NCBI GenBank assembly: GCA_040285745.1
Contig: JAUFOR010000008.1
Span: forward strand, 806,001 to 870,000
DNA from: Barthelona sp. PCE
Lineage: Eukaryota
DNA: 64,000 bases
Direction: 5' to 3'
The translations under genes and the position numbers were made by a program. Positions 41,201-56,200 of the stretch are shown in pieces (position 1 is the stretch's first letter; each line of letters starts with the position of its first letter). The notes below the pieces were generated by a model. The model was not told where the DNA came from and made no database searches. It saw only the letters and a list, made by a program, of their open reading frames with translations.

Positions 41201-44200
41201 TGTCTTTCCGTTGCCAGTTGTGTTGAACTCACCATCGTTTACGGTAACATAACCATCAAGTGTGACATCAGCGTCTTCCTCAATAATGAATGAACCACCA
41301 TCGACTGTGATGGCTGGGACTGTATTGACCACAGGATCACCAGTAATGTTGACTAAACCACCTTCTTGTGCGACACTCATGATATCTACGTCACCCTTTG
41401 AGAGTTCAAAGAGGCCACTATCGATTGTCAAATTGATGAAGGGTAATGAAAGGGATGAACCGTTCATGTACACCTCAGAATCTTCAACATGCATATTACC
41501 AGTAATGTGGAAGATAGAATCACCGTAGCCAACTGATCCGTTCTCGAATGAAACGTAACCGGGACCGTGGAACTTCGATGGGGGCTTGAATTCGGCAATC
41601 GCATCAGTGAATGTGGTTGACGCGTCAGAATCGACGTACCAATCACCATTGTTGACAGAGGAGCCCTGCATACGAAGGGAACCCTGTGAAACGTTGACCT
41701 TACCATTAGGTGTGTTATCAAAATCAGCAAACATGTGATACTCACTAGGCCCGTTCTTGTACAGATCACCATCGTTCATAAAGAGCGGTTGGTTGTTGTA
41801 GTCAACGCTGGAGAAGCGGGAGTCACCTGAGATGTGGAGCTCACCATCGTTCAATAGCGTAGTTGAAGGCTCAGCGCGGACAACGCCAGTGGTCCAATTG
41901 GATAATCCGGAGTTCTGCAAGATATGTCCATTGGCAAGCAATGGTACGTCAGTGCAGTTGAACTTGAGATCACCAGTCGACACCGTGGCCGAAGGATCAC
42001 GTAATTCACCTCCTGAGAGCAAAAGCTGTTCAGTAACAGTTATGTTAGCCAAACCTTCGCGAGATCCGGAGAGCACATCCATTGTACGGATATTGCAGTC
42101 AGTATCATTGAAAATAACACGACCACCATCGATGGTGACGTGGTCGAAGTCACATGTGCCGCCGGAGTTGGGTTGCATCTCAAACACTGCATTGTCCTCA
42201 ACCGTTAAGTCTGTCTCCTTGATATCAGCTGAGCCACCGTCAGTTAACGTGACCGTCGCATCATCTGCCATCGTAATGACTGTATCAGTGAGATTGAGCG
42301 CAGCGTTGGGTAACATTGTAATGGTGTTATCACCAGACTGCTTAATTACGTCAACATTATGAACTGTGGAGTTGTCATCGAATGTGACACTACCGCCAGA
42401 CTCAACAGGAAGAGAAAGATTGTGAACAACACAATCCTTGAACAACGTCTCACCGCCAAGTGAATGCAGCTCAATCTCATCAGCCTTCATGTTGGTGCCG
42501 TTGAAGAACAACTTACCGTCCTCAACGATCCAAGGACCGGTTTGGATAATTGATCCATCAGCAAAAACGAGTGAGTTGGGGTGTTTAACCAACACAGAAC
42601 CGTTACCCATGATTGTGTTAACACCATCAAGAATAAAGGTACCGTCGTTAACAATCGTCTTGGCATCAGTCTCGGTGTTCCAAACACCGAATGTATGTGT
42701 AATGCCGCCAACAGCAAATGTGCCATTGAGAACGTTGACTGTTCCGCTCGGGTTATTGACGAAATCAACAGTAGAAACGAACGGATCAACGTCGTGCTTA
42801 TTGATTGTACCATTATTTAAAAGTACAGGCATGCCTGTTGCACTACTGTTCTTCAAATATTCACTGGTGCTTGATATGTTGAGTGTTGCCGATGGCATAT
42901 TGTAAATATGAGCGTCGGTATCACCATACACCTTTCCACTGTCCCATAAGCCGTTGTCATGGTTGTAAAGACGGTGTCCGTCTTGTAATGAAACATGAGG
43001 TTCAACACCGTTATCGGCATCAATTACAAGGTTGGACAGAGCGCGGGTATCGGAACCGTCGCGCAATGTACCGCCATTCAACACCATATGGTCGGAAACA
43101 TTCAGAGTTGAACTACCCTGACGAATACCGCCAAGCATCGTAAGGTTGATACAGCGAACATCATTGTTGATATCGAGGCTGAGAACACCACCCAAAACTG
43201 TACAGTTCTGGAAGCGTGCGTCGATATCATCACCATCTTCGAGGAAGAAGTGGGCATCATCGTCTACGTACAAGTCTGACTCGTTAAAGACAACAAAGCT
43301 GTTGGGTTGCACAAGTAATACTGATTCATCTGTAAGAGAAATATCAGCATCGCTCATCGTAATATTGGATCCAGGTTGGAACTCAACACTGCCTGTTCCC
43401 CACTCATATAACTGACCAATCTGTTCAACCAGTGAACCGTTGTAGAAGTATACGTTACCATCCGAAACCTCAGGGATACGCATGAATGGAACGTGTGTGC
43501 CGTTGAGGAAGTGAACGTCACCACCAAGGTTACGCAAGCTCATATAGTCGATGGATGCAGGTGGCAAGAACCACATATCACCATCTTTGACGACGACATC
43601 ACCAGTTTGGTTGTAGAGCGCCTGTACGGTAACATTTGACGTGGCGCTGGGCAGATGCATCTCTCCGATACCCTCAACATAAGATGAAGGTTTGAACCAG
43701 AAGAGACCATCGAGTTCGAGGACAGTATCGTTTCCAATAATGGTTGTACCGTTTGACCAAGAGTTTGTCCCAATGGCAAGTGCACCAGTGTCTACCCTCA
43801 TTGTACCCTCGTTATAAAGCGCGGGCAGAAGTCTGAAGCGAGAAGGATCACCATCCTTAACAAGCGTAGCGTTAACGTGTACGTAGATGAATGGCAGCTT
43901 TTCACCAACGGCAGAAGAAGTAGGGTTGATAGCACCACCGCCACCAACTCTGAAGGTGGAGTACGGGTGATTGATGATGGATGTGTAGTCACCTGCGTTG
44001 ATTGTACCAACTGGGAAATTAGTGTCACCATAGTTGTGAATTGTATGGTTCTTGAGGAGATACATGGGTGCTTCTCCATCAATATACATCATCTTTCGTG
44101 TTTCTGTAATAGCTTCATCTTCTAAAACACCAGCGTGCCAGTTAAAGCGATCATGCGCAATTAGTGTACCAGGTCCACGACGAGTACCGTGTGTGAGGTT

Positions 44201-47200
44201 GAAAGTGCGCGTAGATATTGGCTGACTGTTGTGCATGTTGAGGTATGCCTCAGAATCAGCAGGAGAATCAACAATTATAGTGCCAAACTTAAACTCATCA
44301 CCGTGGAATTCGGGCTCGAATAAAACGTTACCGCTTTCAACATTGAGCACCGGGTGATCCTCGTTGATATTGGTATTGTTTCTGAAGTTTAGGTTACCAT
44401 TGTTGCCATATATGTTGAATCTCGTGTGATTGAACATATTAATGTTACTACCGTTCCAGAAGTTGATGTCACCACGTGAGATGTTGACCGTTCCCATGTC
44501 AAGGACATTGGTATCAGTTAAGAAGTTAATCTCACCATTAGAAATCACATCATCCACCTCAACGAATTTGGTAATAACACATTCATTGAAGTTTAAGACG
44601 CCTCCATCAACATACGCGTTAATATGCTCAATGATTGAAGGACACTCGAAGTTCATAAGCTCTTCGACATGTGTCACACCAGTAACATTGTACAAACCAT
44701 AAGCGGTAACGTTTGTGATGGACACTGGTAATACTGGGTTGTCAACGTGGAAAACACCAGGACCGTGAGTGAGAGAAGGTTGGCGTAAAACAAAGTCTGC
44801 GTTAGTGACGTATTTGGCGGGTTCAGCAATGTATATCTCACCATCGCTCCATGATGCAACGGGTGCACCAACCTTGAGGTTACCGTTCGTAACGTTAATG
44901 AGATCATTTTCAAGGTTGTTCAGCTCCCACTGAACAAGCATGTTCTTCGATGGAGCATCCATAATGAGTGTATGGTTGTTCACTAACAGAGGCCATAAAT
45001 CAGTGGCGTTAGCGATTGGAACGTCTGATACCATGTTACCAGTGCTGAGCACGTTCATTACACCATTATTGATGAACTTTACGCGTTCTCCACCGTGCAG
45101 TGTACCACCGAGGAACTCAGTGTTATTCCACACAACTAGACGCTGCTGATCGTAAAGATACTTATGAGCAGTGCTCAATAAGCGGAGGTTTGTGACATTG
45201 GTAGTCGAGGGATGCTCGAGTGTGCCACTGTACCAATCATAGTTATCAATGTTAAGATCAGAATCTCCCTGAATATTACCATCACGGTGATCAAGATATG
45301 TAATGTGTGGGATAACACCGGTTGTCTCATTAATGATGAGTTCACCATCGTCAAGACGAATATCAGAGAAGTGATAGGGATCAGCGCCAATGAGACTGTC
45401 ACCGAAGTAAACCCAACCACCACTCTGTCTGAGACTCACGTCATTGCCGCGCCAGTTTGAGCCTGAACGAAGATCGAAGACCGCATCACCATGAGTGGTT
45501 TTCATATCTGTGTTATCGAATACAGAATTAGAGCCTGGCATGAATGTAGCATTACCTCTGAAAATTTCAATGCTGCTGTAGTTGTTGACAAGACAACCGT
45601 TTTCAGCTATGTAAACACCATAGTTAACAATAAGATCAAGATCATCAGTTTCTGCACCATCAAGACAGAAGGTCTTAGCATCGTTGTGAATGTTCTTAAT
45701 AAAGACACGATCTCCAACGTGTTGAGGATGCATTGTAAAGTTACCGTCCGCGACGTGAATGCTACCGTTAATGAATCCATGGTTATCAAGTTCACCGTCA
45801 TTCATTATGTGAATACGACCAGTTCCACTCGGTACATTGTAACGGTTGGTTGAATCAAATTCAGTAGGTGAGCGAATGTAAATGATAGAATCGTGTGGCA
45901 GTTCAATGTCCTCGTATGAGATCATATCACCGTCAACATAAAACTTACTGCCACCACCACCAATGATGTTACCCATATTGTGTAGTTTGTGACCCATGTA
46001 TGTATTCTGTGCGCTACCATTGAATCGAAGTGTTCCATAGTTATAGAAATCAGTGCTAAAATCACCATCAGTTAAGAAGCGGGAATTCCAAAGCTCAAGA
46101 TTTCCACCATTGGGAATGTAAATCTTCGATGTTGGCTGTGTAGAGTGAACGTTAACATTGTTCTTAATGATACCAGTTCCATTGATATGAATAATCTGGT
46201 TGTCACCCATGTAGATGTTACCATTGGTAACGTTCGAACCAAGGTTGCCCAAGACCGAAACCGTACCGTTCTGGAGCATACCACTGCGCCAGTTAAAGTC
46301 ATCGTGAACATAAATGTGTGAACCACCACCTGATGTACCGTTGTGCATTGTCCACCATCTAATATGAGGAATAGACGTCTGGTACAGGTTTAGATGTGAG
46401 TCATCATACATTGTTACGTAGTTATAACGCCATTCAGAACCTGTATCAGTGTCATAACCGTAATAACGGGCTTTATCACGTAATACAAGTTCGGATTGGT
46501 CAATAAACACGTTGGCATCACGCTCATAATACTGGCGACAGTAGTCTTCCAACTCCGCAACAGAACCATTGCGGAAGTATGTATTTCCGACCGTTGACAT
46601 CATGTGCATCTCAGCGTTGCTACGACACATCCAATGATGAACGTTATTAATTGTAGTACCACCAAATGCCTTGATTGTACTGTTATCACCGTAACCGTAA
46701 GCCCACAAATTATCAATTCCAGCATTCTCGAACTCTACGTGACCATTGTCAAGAGTTGTAACACGAACGTTCTTCTTATCGAAGCTAGGGTTCAGGAATC
46801 GAACAAGACTTCCGTTTCTCGAATAGATCATACCTTCCATGTCAATATCACCATAGACATCAAATGTATCACCATAAACGTTGTACAAATCACCACCTCC
46901 GTTAATGAATCCATTGTCAGAGATTGTATTGTAGCCATAGATACGTGTCTTTGTGCCAGGGTGAAGGTACCAGTGATTATAGTTAATGTTGGTACCGCGC
47001 ATATCAATCTCGCCATTGTCCATGTACCAATAACCTGTATCGGTGTTGGTCCAATCCCAATCGAAATCAGTCGGACCATCAGCGAGATGACGAATAACAC
47101 CACTGTTCTCGAAAGAAGGACTGTTGGTTGAACAACTGTAGAATCCTGTAGAATCTGCAGTATTGTTGAAATAGAATGCACCACCATCTAACACATAGAA

Positions 47201-50200
47201 GTACGCATTACAACCGTGGACGTTACCGCCCTGATAATAACCGTTTCCACCGCTATTGATCCAAACATGGGAACCATCTGTGAAGTTTTTGATAGTATCA
47301 CCCATGATATAATAACGACCGCCATCAATGATGCGAACACCGTTAGGTCCGTGCACTGAACCACCATAGTGGTACCAGTTACGGGTAACATGGATTTCAT
47401 CATCGCCATACAAGTGTGCTCGGTCGTACATGTAAATGTCACGCACATTGAGGTTTCTTCCTAGATCAGAGCGGAACACTGCATCATCGTAGATATAGAT
47501 GTCCCGGATCCAGGAATCACCAGGAGAAGTGGATGTTCGATATGTGAAGGAAGCGTTGCCTCTCAAGAAGATATCAGGGTTGAGCAATCTGAAATCTGCG
47601 TCGGGTGCGATATAAATCTCACCGTCAGTAATGTCAATGATTGTCTCATTTGTCGTACCGATTTCGGCACCAGGATGGACATAGACATAACCAGGATAGT
47701 CTGAGATATGAATCTGCTTGACATCCGGTAATGTGCTATGAGGTCCAAACTCAATTCGGCCGGTTGTGTCACGGGCATTAAAGCCAGGCACATCTCCATC
47801 GATATAAATATAGCCTGGATAACCGCAGCGCCAAACAGTAACGTTACGCACGCTGCTGCCTTGATCCCACGTGGATCTACCGTCGTTGTCTACAACAATC
47901 GTTCCAGGGAACTCAGTTCTTCCACCAGGGTATTGACGCCAATTGGGAGTGGGGTAACCAGGTCTATGACGTATGAAGATATGTTGATCTCCACCATCAC
48001 GTCCGTAAATATCACCCCAGTTACCAAAGTCACCACCGCAATGCCAAAACGTTGAGTTTGGCCCTATGTTAATTCGACCACCATACCAGTTGGTGTAATT
48101 GTGTGAAATCATCACACCAGGACCGTTGATGTCAAAGTCACCGTAGTTCTCAACAGTAATGTTAAAATCTGGCCAGTAATCGGGGTTGGAGTGACCCGAG
48201 ACGTTGACGTAACGACGGTTGATGAATCGACCACTTGGATATCCTCGATGAATGAGAGAAATACGTTTAGGATCATAGAAATGTACGTCACGATAGTTGA
48301 CGAAACGTGATCCAGGACCGTATATCCATCTGCCAATTCCACTTCCGCGGCCAGTGTTCCAGTAACCATGGTTACGAATGTAAACATTGGGACCGAACTC
48401 AAAGTCGTTGGTGAGCCAGTGTCTGACGTGGACATCCGGATGAATATACCAGGTGGTTCCACCGCCAATGTAGCCACCGTAGATGTATACGGGACCCCAT
48501 ATGTCGACAGGAGAAGCAGATGTGAAGTTAGCTTGGTCGTGCATTTGGTAATCCATAATCGTAACGTTGATATTAGGATCTCTGATGTCAATAGTGGCTT
48601 GATCACGGAGTTCAAGGTAACAGAATGTTACATTTTCGCTGATACCACCAGCCTCAATAATTAGTTTGGAGTTTCCGCTGAGAACAACGTGTAAACAATC
48701 TGCATCAACATCTGCGTCTGCTCCGAAAATAGTCGCACCGCTGGTCATTGTCAAATAACCATCGTTCCAATTCACATCACTTCCGTTTTCGAACTTGACA
48801 AGACCGTTGCTATGAACAACAGTTATATTTGTGAGCTGTTTGACGTTACTGCCGTTCTTGAAAAGAACATGACCGTTACGAACAGTGTTTATGTGCATAT
48901 CATCGATATAAGTCTTCTCACCAATCTCAACGTCACCATAGTAAATGGTATCAACATGCAAGAGGTCGGTGTCACCGCGATCAAAAGTAAACTTACCATC
49001 GTTTATGATGGTGCCCACCCAGATCTCTGTAAGGTTCTTAACGTCATCAACATCGACAAGATCATCATCAATGATAGGGAATAACAGACGGTCACCGGTT
49101 ACAGTAGGCTCGAAATCAATCTCACCACCGTGCCACTCAGTTTCGGCACAGGTAACGTTAGCACCGTAAACAAATAAACCACCGTTTTCAATGTAAATCT
49201 TGCCTGGGTCACACACAATTAGGTCTCCCTTCACAGTCAAATGAGAATCATTTTCGTCGAGATATAATGTACCGTTGCTGAAGAGAAGCGATTCTTCGTT
49301 GTACAAAAACGGGTTATCGCGGTAATGGATGCTTGAATCGGGGTCGATCAAACGAGTCGTTCCATTAGCATAGACTTCACCACCACCATTCAGGTAAACA
49401 TCACCAACATTGACAACCATGTCACCGGTACTGTTCAGTTTCCAGTTAATGGGTACATCAGATCCGGAAAATTCACCTCTGAACTCAAGATCACCCTCAT
49501 TAAAGAAGAGAGGAGTACCAGAACTTGCATACATACCGCTTCCGTGAGGACGAACAACACAAGTTGCAGTTCTCTCACAATGCAGCATAGCGTTATCGTA
49601 ACCGTATAGGTTACCATATGTATGTTCATAGTACTCAGCAACGTGTAACTCAGCATCTTCCATCAAACGAGCGGGATAATCTGATCGGTGCACAGTGACA
49701 TTATCAGTATGGAAAAGACCACACAGATAACCACCTTGCCAATCAATTATGGTGATAGACGAGTTATATATACAAACCTTAGCGTAATAGTATATGTCAA
49801 GCTGATCAACAGTGAACTGAGACATGTCACTGATGTTAACGAAACCACCAGTTGCCTCAATAAACTTGATATGAGCGTCTTGATCCTCAACAGCGTCATC
49901 AAGAACAGTGAAGACACCATCCCAGATGTCGATTGTTGTATTCGAGAAACGAGATTTGCACTCATCATGAAGCGTAAAAGTACCACCATTCTGTTTAATG
50001 GTGGCTTCCTGGAAGTTCATGTAACCTTCTTCACAATTGAAATTAACAGCTGAACGATGATTCTTGGGCTGGTGAATGTACATGTATTCAACCTGAGACA
50101 CTGTAACGTTATTGGCAAATGTGATATCACCCTCCATGAGATCAGTACCGTAGAAACGATCAATCTCGGTGTTATTAAATAACACAGTGAGATTATCATT

Positions 50201-53200
50201 GGAATACTTGTTCGACATCTCGTCGATCTTAATGAATTCGGCTGTAGAATTGTTAATAATTATTGTACCGTTAGACATGCGTTCAACCATGAGCGAGGAA
50301 AAGTCAACATTGTTCAGTTCAAGGTAACCGCGCATTGTACAAACATACAAATCAACAACGGTACCGTTGACGACAACAAAGCGACCATGATCGTCCAAAA
50401 TATTAAAGCAATCTTCGGTCTCAACACGACCACCATCCATGAAGACGTTATTCTCAACATTAAATTCACCAGTACCGTTAATCAAACAACCATCACCAAT
50501 GTGAAGCGTATCAACAGCGTCGGCACTACCTAAAGTCATAAACCTGTCAGACGATAGAATACCTCCATCAGCACATTCAAATGGACCGTAACCCAGTTCG
50601 AGTGTACCTCCATTGTTGTAGAACGTACCGTTATTGATAGTAGGCCAGTGTATCCTGTTTGTACCTGAAGACTTCTTGAATATACGACCACTGTTGATGT
50701 TGTACAGAGTTGAATTCTCACTGGGCAACATGGACCAACCATTACGAACCTCAAGTTCACCTTCATTGATGACTTGAGGTGAACCGATACCAGTTAGTGA
50801 ACCATCAATCATGACGGCGGTTGAACCCTCTTTGAGTCTGAAAATAGAGTTATCCTCCATCACAGTATGGCCTCTGCCCTCGAACTCGCAGTGCTCCGAA
50901 ATAGTTGTTGTACCATTATCCTTGAGACCACCACGATTCCATTCAAATGTCTTGTTGACAACGACATAATCATTACCAGAACGATAACCATTGTTGAGAT
51001 AAAGTTCTTGCACATACGTGACAGGACATCCGGTATTAAGATATAGTTCAGCACCGTCACTAACTTCAACAGCATCAATAACCATTGGACATTGAACACG
51101 CTTGAATATTACCTTTGAATCTGATCCTTTTGCCTTTAATACTGGCATTTTAATAGAGAAATCACCAGAGTCAACGACAAGCTGGCCAGTAAGATGTGTA
51201 AAATCGGTATCATCTGTTGCATCAATGAAACCAGAAGACTGGAAGATTATCGATGAATCAGGATTTTGAAGACTGAAGAATGCCTTATCCATAAGTAGAG
51301 AACCGTTACCGATAAAGTAAGTGTCCTCCAATAACTCAAGACTGGAAGATGCATCCTCAATGGTAACAAGACCACTGAAGTTTGCTGTTGTGTTGAGCGT
51401 AAGGATAGAAGCACGACCAATGATGGTCTCACCAATATCCCTCTGCACAATGTCCCAGTCGATTTGGGCAACACCACCTTCGTTAACTAGCATCTCACCT
51501 TCATTAATAAACACAGGCTTCTCATCTCCTAACGTTGTATTAACGTCTGGGTGTAAATATAGCGTTGAATTTGACCGCAACGAAAACGTTCCATTAAAAT
51601 CATTGTATATTCGCGACCCTGAATCTGCACCTATCCAAGTATCAGCATCTAAAATTGTTTCACCGCTGTTCCAGATAGAAGTACCCTGTACAAGACGTTT
51701 CTTCTTGGGTCCTGTAAGTAGACCATGTTCAAGAACACGGATTGTTCCACCGCACTGCAGATCACCGCCCTTCCAGATGAACTCACGAACAGTGAGCGTT
51801 TCTGTAAGACAGAAGTTAGCATTGATGGTGATTGCCTTTAGCGTCAAGTTTGCTTCGAAAGTAACATTAACCTCAATCTCAAGAGATGTTTCTTCACAGA
51901 AACTGGAGTTGGGAAGCATTGTAAAACGACCTGCACCCTGTAAAGTACACTCCTCCAAACAGACAAAACCACGAGAAGACAATAGATGCTTACGACGGAA
52001 TTCCCAACCCGAATAAGCACAGTGGAACTGATCGAATCCACCAACCTTGAGAAATGATCGCTTGCCAATCAAAGAAGAGTTAAAATCGAGCTCTGTCTCA
52101 TCATTCCAAAGTGACACGGATCCGTCCATCAGGAAAATGGTACCGTTACCGTCGGCACCATGAAGGAAGTGCACGTCGGGTTCGAAGAATGGGTATCCGC
52201 CACCAAAACATGGATCTGGATATCGATCACCTGGCGAGAACACACCAAAGTTTGTTGTGTTGAAGACAGAATCGTAGTCACCCGTGTAACGAAGACCAAT
52301 GGCGACAGCAGATCTTGGTACATTGATGCTAAGGTTACCGTGGTTAAACAGTACTGCATCAACAAAGTCTGCATCGTTCAGTAAGGGATCCATCACGGAG
52401 AAGAAGTCACCAGTAATGTAGTTATCACCATAAGAGTGCATGACACCACCAGATCCACCCCAAACACGAAGACTGGGTGCAAGAGATGTGAAACGATCAA
52501 CTCGCTTCGGCATTTCAAGGGAAGAATTGGCAATCTCAAAGATACCTTCCACCCGAACGAAAGTTTGACCGACAGCAACGGTTGTACCGTTTCCAATCAG
52601 ACCACCATCACGGAAATCACCAACCTCAGTGACTTCAACGACATCAGTACCACCACGTTTTCCGCCCTTGAAGATAAAGTTGCGAACAGATTGTGTACGG
52701 CCAGTATTGAAAGCCAATTGACCGGCCGAAATTTGAACGACATACATATCGACATCAGTGTTATTGACATCATTGATAAACATATCAGCGAACAAATCAA
52801 ACACAGCTAAAGGTTCGACATAAGCTCCATCTTCAATAACAACTGAACCTTCACCATTGATCTCAGCCTTACGTGTTCTTGTTCCAATTGTAACGTTACC
52901 GTAAATCTCGAGTTTAGCATTCGATTCCAAAGTAAGAGAAGAACCTAATATAACACTTGAATCAACCATTCCCATGAATGTGGTGTTCAGACACGTGAGA
53001 GTGGAACTCAACAAAACTCGACAAGCACCAATTGTCCAAGCACCGTGTGTGCTGAGCTCAATGACACCCTGTTCAGTAGCATAACCACCTCTTGTAGTTG
53101 TGAAATCGGCCTGACGTAGTTTGAGATAACCATGATGAATGAATTCGTAATCCAAAAAGAGACGAGCTTGAGTATCTAGTTCAAGAACACCATAGTTGAT

Positions 53201-56200
53201 GAACTTTGCAACTTCCAATGTATCTTGCGATTGTCCAACATACCATATGTTCATAAGGGAGCGGATTGTCATTGTAGCGTTTTGATCATTAACAATTGTA
53301 GAATTCTCAAAGCCAAAGATGATAGAAGGATCAACAGCTGAACCAGAATCATCAGGTTTAGAAGCAAAACCTCCCATATTGTGGAAAGTAGAACCCTTCT
53401 CCATGATCTTCTGGATCTCTGTCTCTGATGATCCTGGAGGTGTGATGAAGTTTGATGAATATGAATTGATAATACAATTATTACCAAGGAGACCTTTGCG
53501 CCATACAAAGTGATTAACGTCTATAGGATCCGGATCTGCTGAATTTGGTCCTACAATCTCACCATTAAGTAGCTCAAGCAAATCAATAACAACATTATGT
53601 GACGAGCCAGCAACCAGTTGACCACCATTTTCAATCATAACATAATCAAAAACAACGGGGTCATGCAACGTGAGGATTTGGACCTCTCCCAATAATGGGA
53701 GGTGGCCAACACGTTCGTCACCATACACCATGATAGAGATGGGCATGATAATATGGAATGCACCTTGGAAAATTGAAACACCGTATGTGATGACCGAACC
53801 AGTGAAGTTGACGCCACCTTCAAAGATGACCTTCGACATCTCACCAACATAAACATCACCACCACCGTGGATCATTGATCCGTTGTACAAATATGAAACG
53901 TAATCCTTAGACTTGAAGACCATTGTAGATGTTGAACCCAATGTGATAGAGCCATTGATCTGTGCGCCCTTATGGAAGATTATCTTACCATTGATATCAA
54001 GATCAAAATCAACCTCTGAGTGCTCGCCTGATGAGACAAAGACAACATCAAATTCGACCTTTGCAGTTGCATTGGAGTTAGTTATGTAACCTTCGTTCAT
54101 GAACACACCCAAAGCACCAACTTGGTAGTCTTCGACATCGAGCTCGTTTGTAGGTAAAGGAGGAATATACTCATTCACATCATCATCGTCTTCATTATTC
54201 ACTACCGGAACAATGTAAGGGAAGTTAACGAATACATCTTTGTATGTGAACTGATAATCACCATTAGTAACACCTAATAATATCCAATGGTCTTCAATAG
54301 TTGCGTTGGGATGGAAGTAGCAGTTTCCTACTCTGCCTTCTGTACAATGATGATGACAACTGGTACTCATAGCATATCCACACACAAATTCACAGTCACC
54401 ACGCGGATCATCATTTGCACGTGCTTCATTACGGTGTGTGTTATTCCAGTGATAAGGACAGGCTTCGAAACAAGTATCCATTAAATAAGGAGGGATGAAC
54501 AAGTCGGAAGTCGTGTCTGCAACAGGACAACTGAACAAAAAGTTGTCAAAGAACACAGGTTCTTGCTTGATATCTCCCAACAAACTGTCTGATGAGTATA
54601 TGTTAACACCACCATCAAACGTGAGGTTACCTGTCTCTGAGTTATAAATAGAAGATCCGTCGAGTACCTTGATGTGACCAGCTGCATTCCATAACGTGTT
54701 ACCATCGAGGCGCAACATGAACCCATTTTCAAGGCTCTTTGCCTTAGCACCAACAATTTGGGCGTCATTTTCAACAGTGAAAGCTCCTGCTTCACTGAAT
54801 ATACCTCCAGACCAAACCAATGATTGAGTGATTTTGACGTTGTCGCCAGTCATTGACTCGACCAAACCATCGCTAAATGAGAGAATACCAATATCAGCAT
54901 TACCACCAGTAGCAAATCGACAGTGACCACCTACAATCTCTAAGAAACTCAGATTAACACCGTTGGCAACCTCTCCGAAGAGTAAGTTACCACTGTATGT
55001 ATCCGATACAGGGGAGTACATGCCATTGACGGTACCATTCTTTGCATACAGATAAGATCCATCACGGAAGTTAAGCGTACCCTCTGTAATTGCAATACCC
55101 TCAGACATATTGAATGTACCGTAAACATTAACGTAAACATCAGCATGACGCAGCATGAAAACAGCTGGATATGGCATTCCATTGGAGAAGTTCGAGTAAA
55201 TGTAAGAATCTGAATTAAATGTAAAGACTCTATATGAACTTGCAAGAGGATCATCAGATTTCTCTGGGATTGTGAATGAAGCTGAAGCACCGCTGTGCAC
55301 CTCTAGATCTCCATTATATTGACCACCATAACCGAACTGCATTTCTGATTTCAAAAGCTTGACAATACCATCTGGATTGGTTCCATCAAATACAAAGTCA
55401 AGCTTTGAAACACCAGCAGCTCCTGCTATGATCTCACCATTGTTAATGAAAGTTGCACGACGACCATTGGCGTAATAAGAAATTGCGCAATCAGACGTGT
55501 TGGTGAAATACTGCGACATTGTAAGTGATTGTGTTACCTTGAGAACACCATTGTTAATAAAGTTAATCTCAGGACATGCATACAACACACCACGACCACG
55601 CCATATAGATTCTGTACCGTTGTTGATAACGTGAGCGTACTTCATAAGATGCTTATCTCTAAAATCAGAAACGGAAAGCTTTCTTGTAACATGAGTCTCT
55701 GAAGGACCAATGAAACCACCAGCATCAATGTCAAGTTCCTCAGTTATAATCTTATCGGGACCGACTCTCCATCCGCCATAAACACCGAGTTTCTTAAGGT
55801 TCACTTCAACACCAGTATTGAACTCACATGTACCACCGTAGATAAGAACAACATTGATCTCCTTCAACTTTTCAATATCATTAAACAGAGTATAACCGCC
55901 GTACTGTTCGTAAGTCTTCATTGCGATAACATGCTCAATAACATCCATCTTGAGAACACCCGGTTCTTCAACCACAACAGCATCAAGCAACCATTCGGCT
56001 TCAATTTGACCTTCTAAGATCAATGGTTCAGTCTTGTATAACTCTAACAAACCTCCTGTAACATAAATCTCTCTGATATGAGCCTTTGATCCCTCAAGAA
56101 AACGCCATGTACCATCGTTATGAGTGATTACATCACCCATGTGATATGTACCATAGTAATTCAGATTGGTGTACTTGCTTGACAGATCGATACGTGATCC

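Noticed and set aside
54395-54403. RGD motif in the Cys-rich insertion
   Set aside because: Expected by chance in 9,600 residues, and there is no evidence of an animal host.
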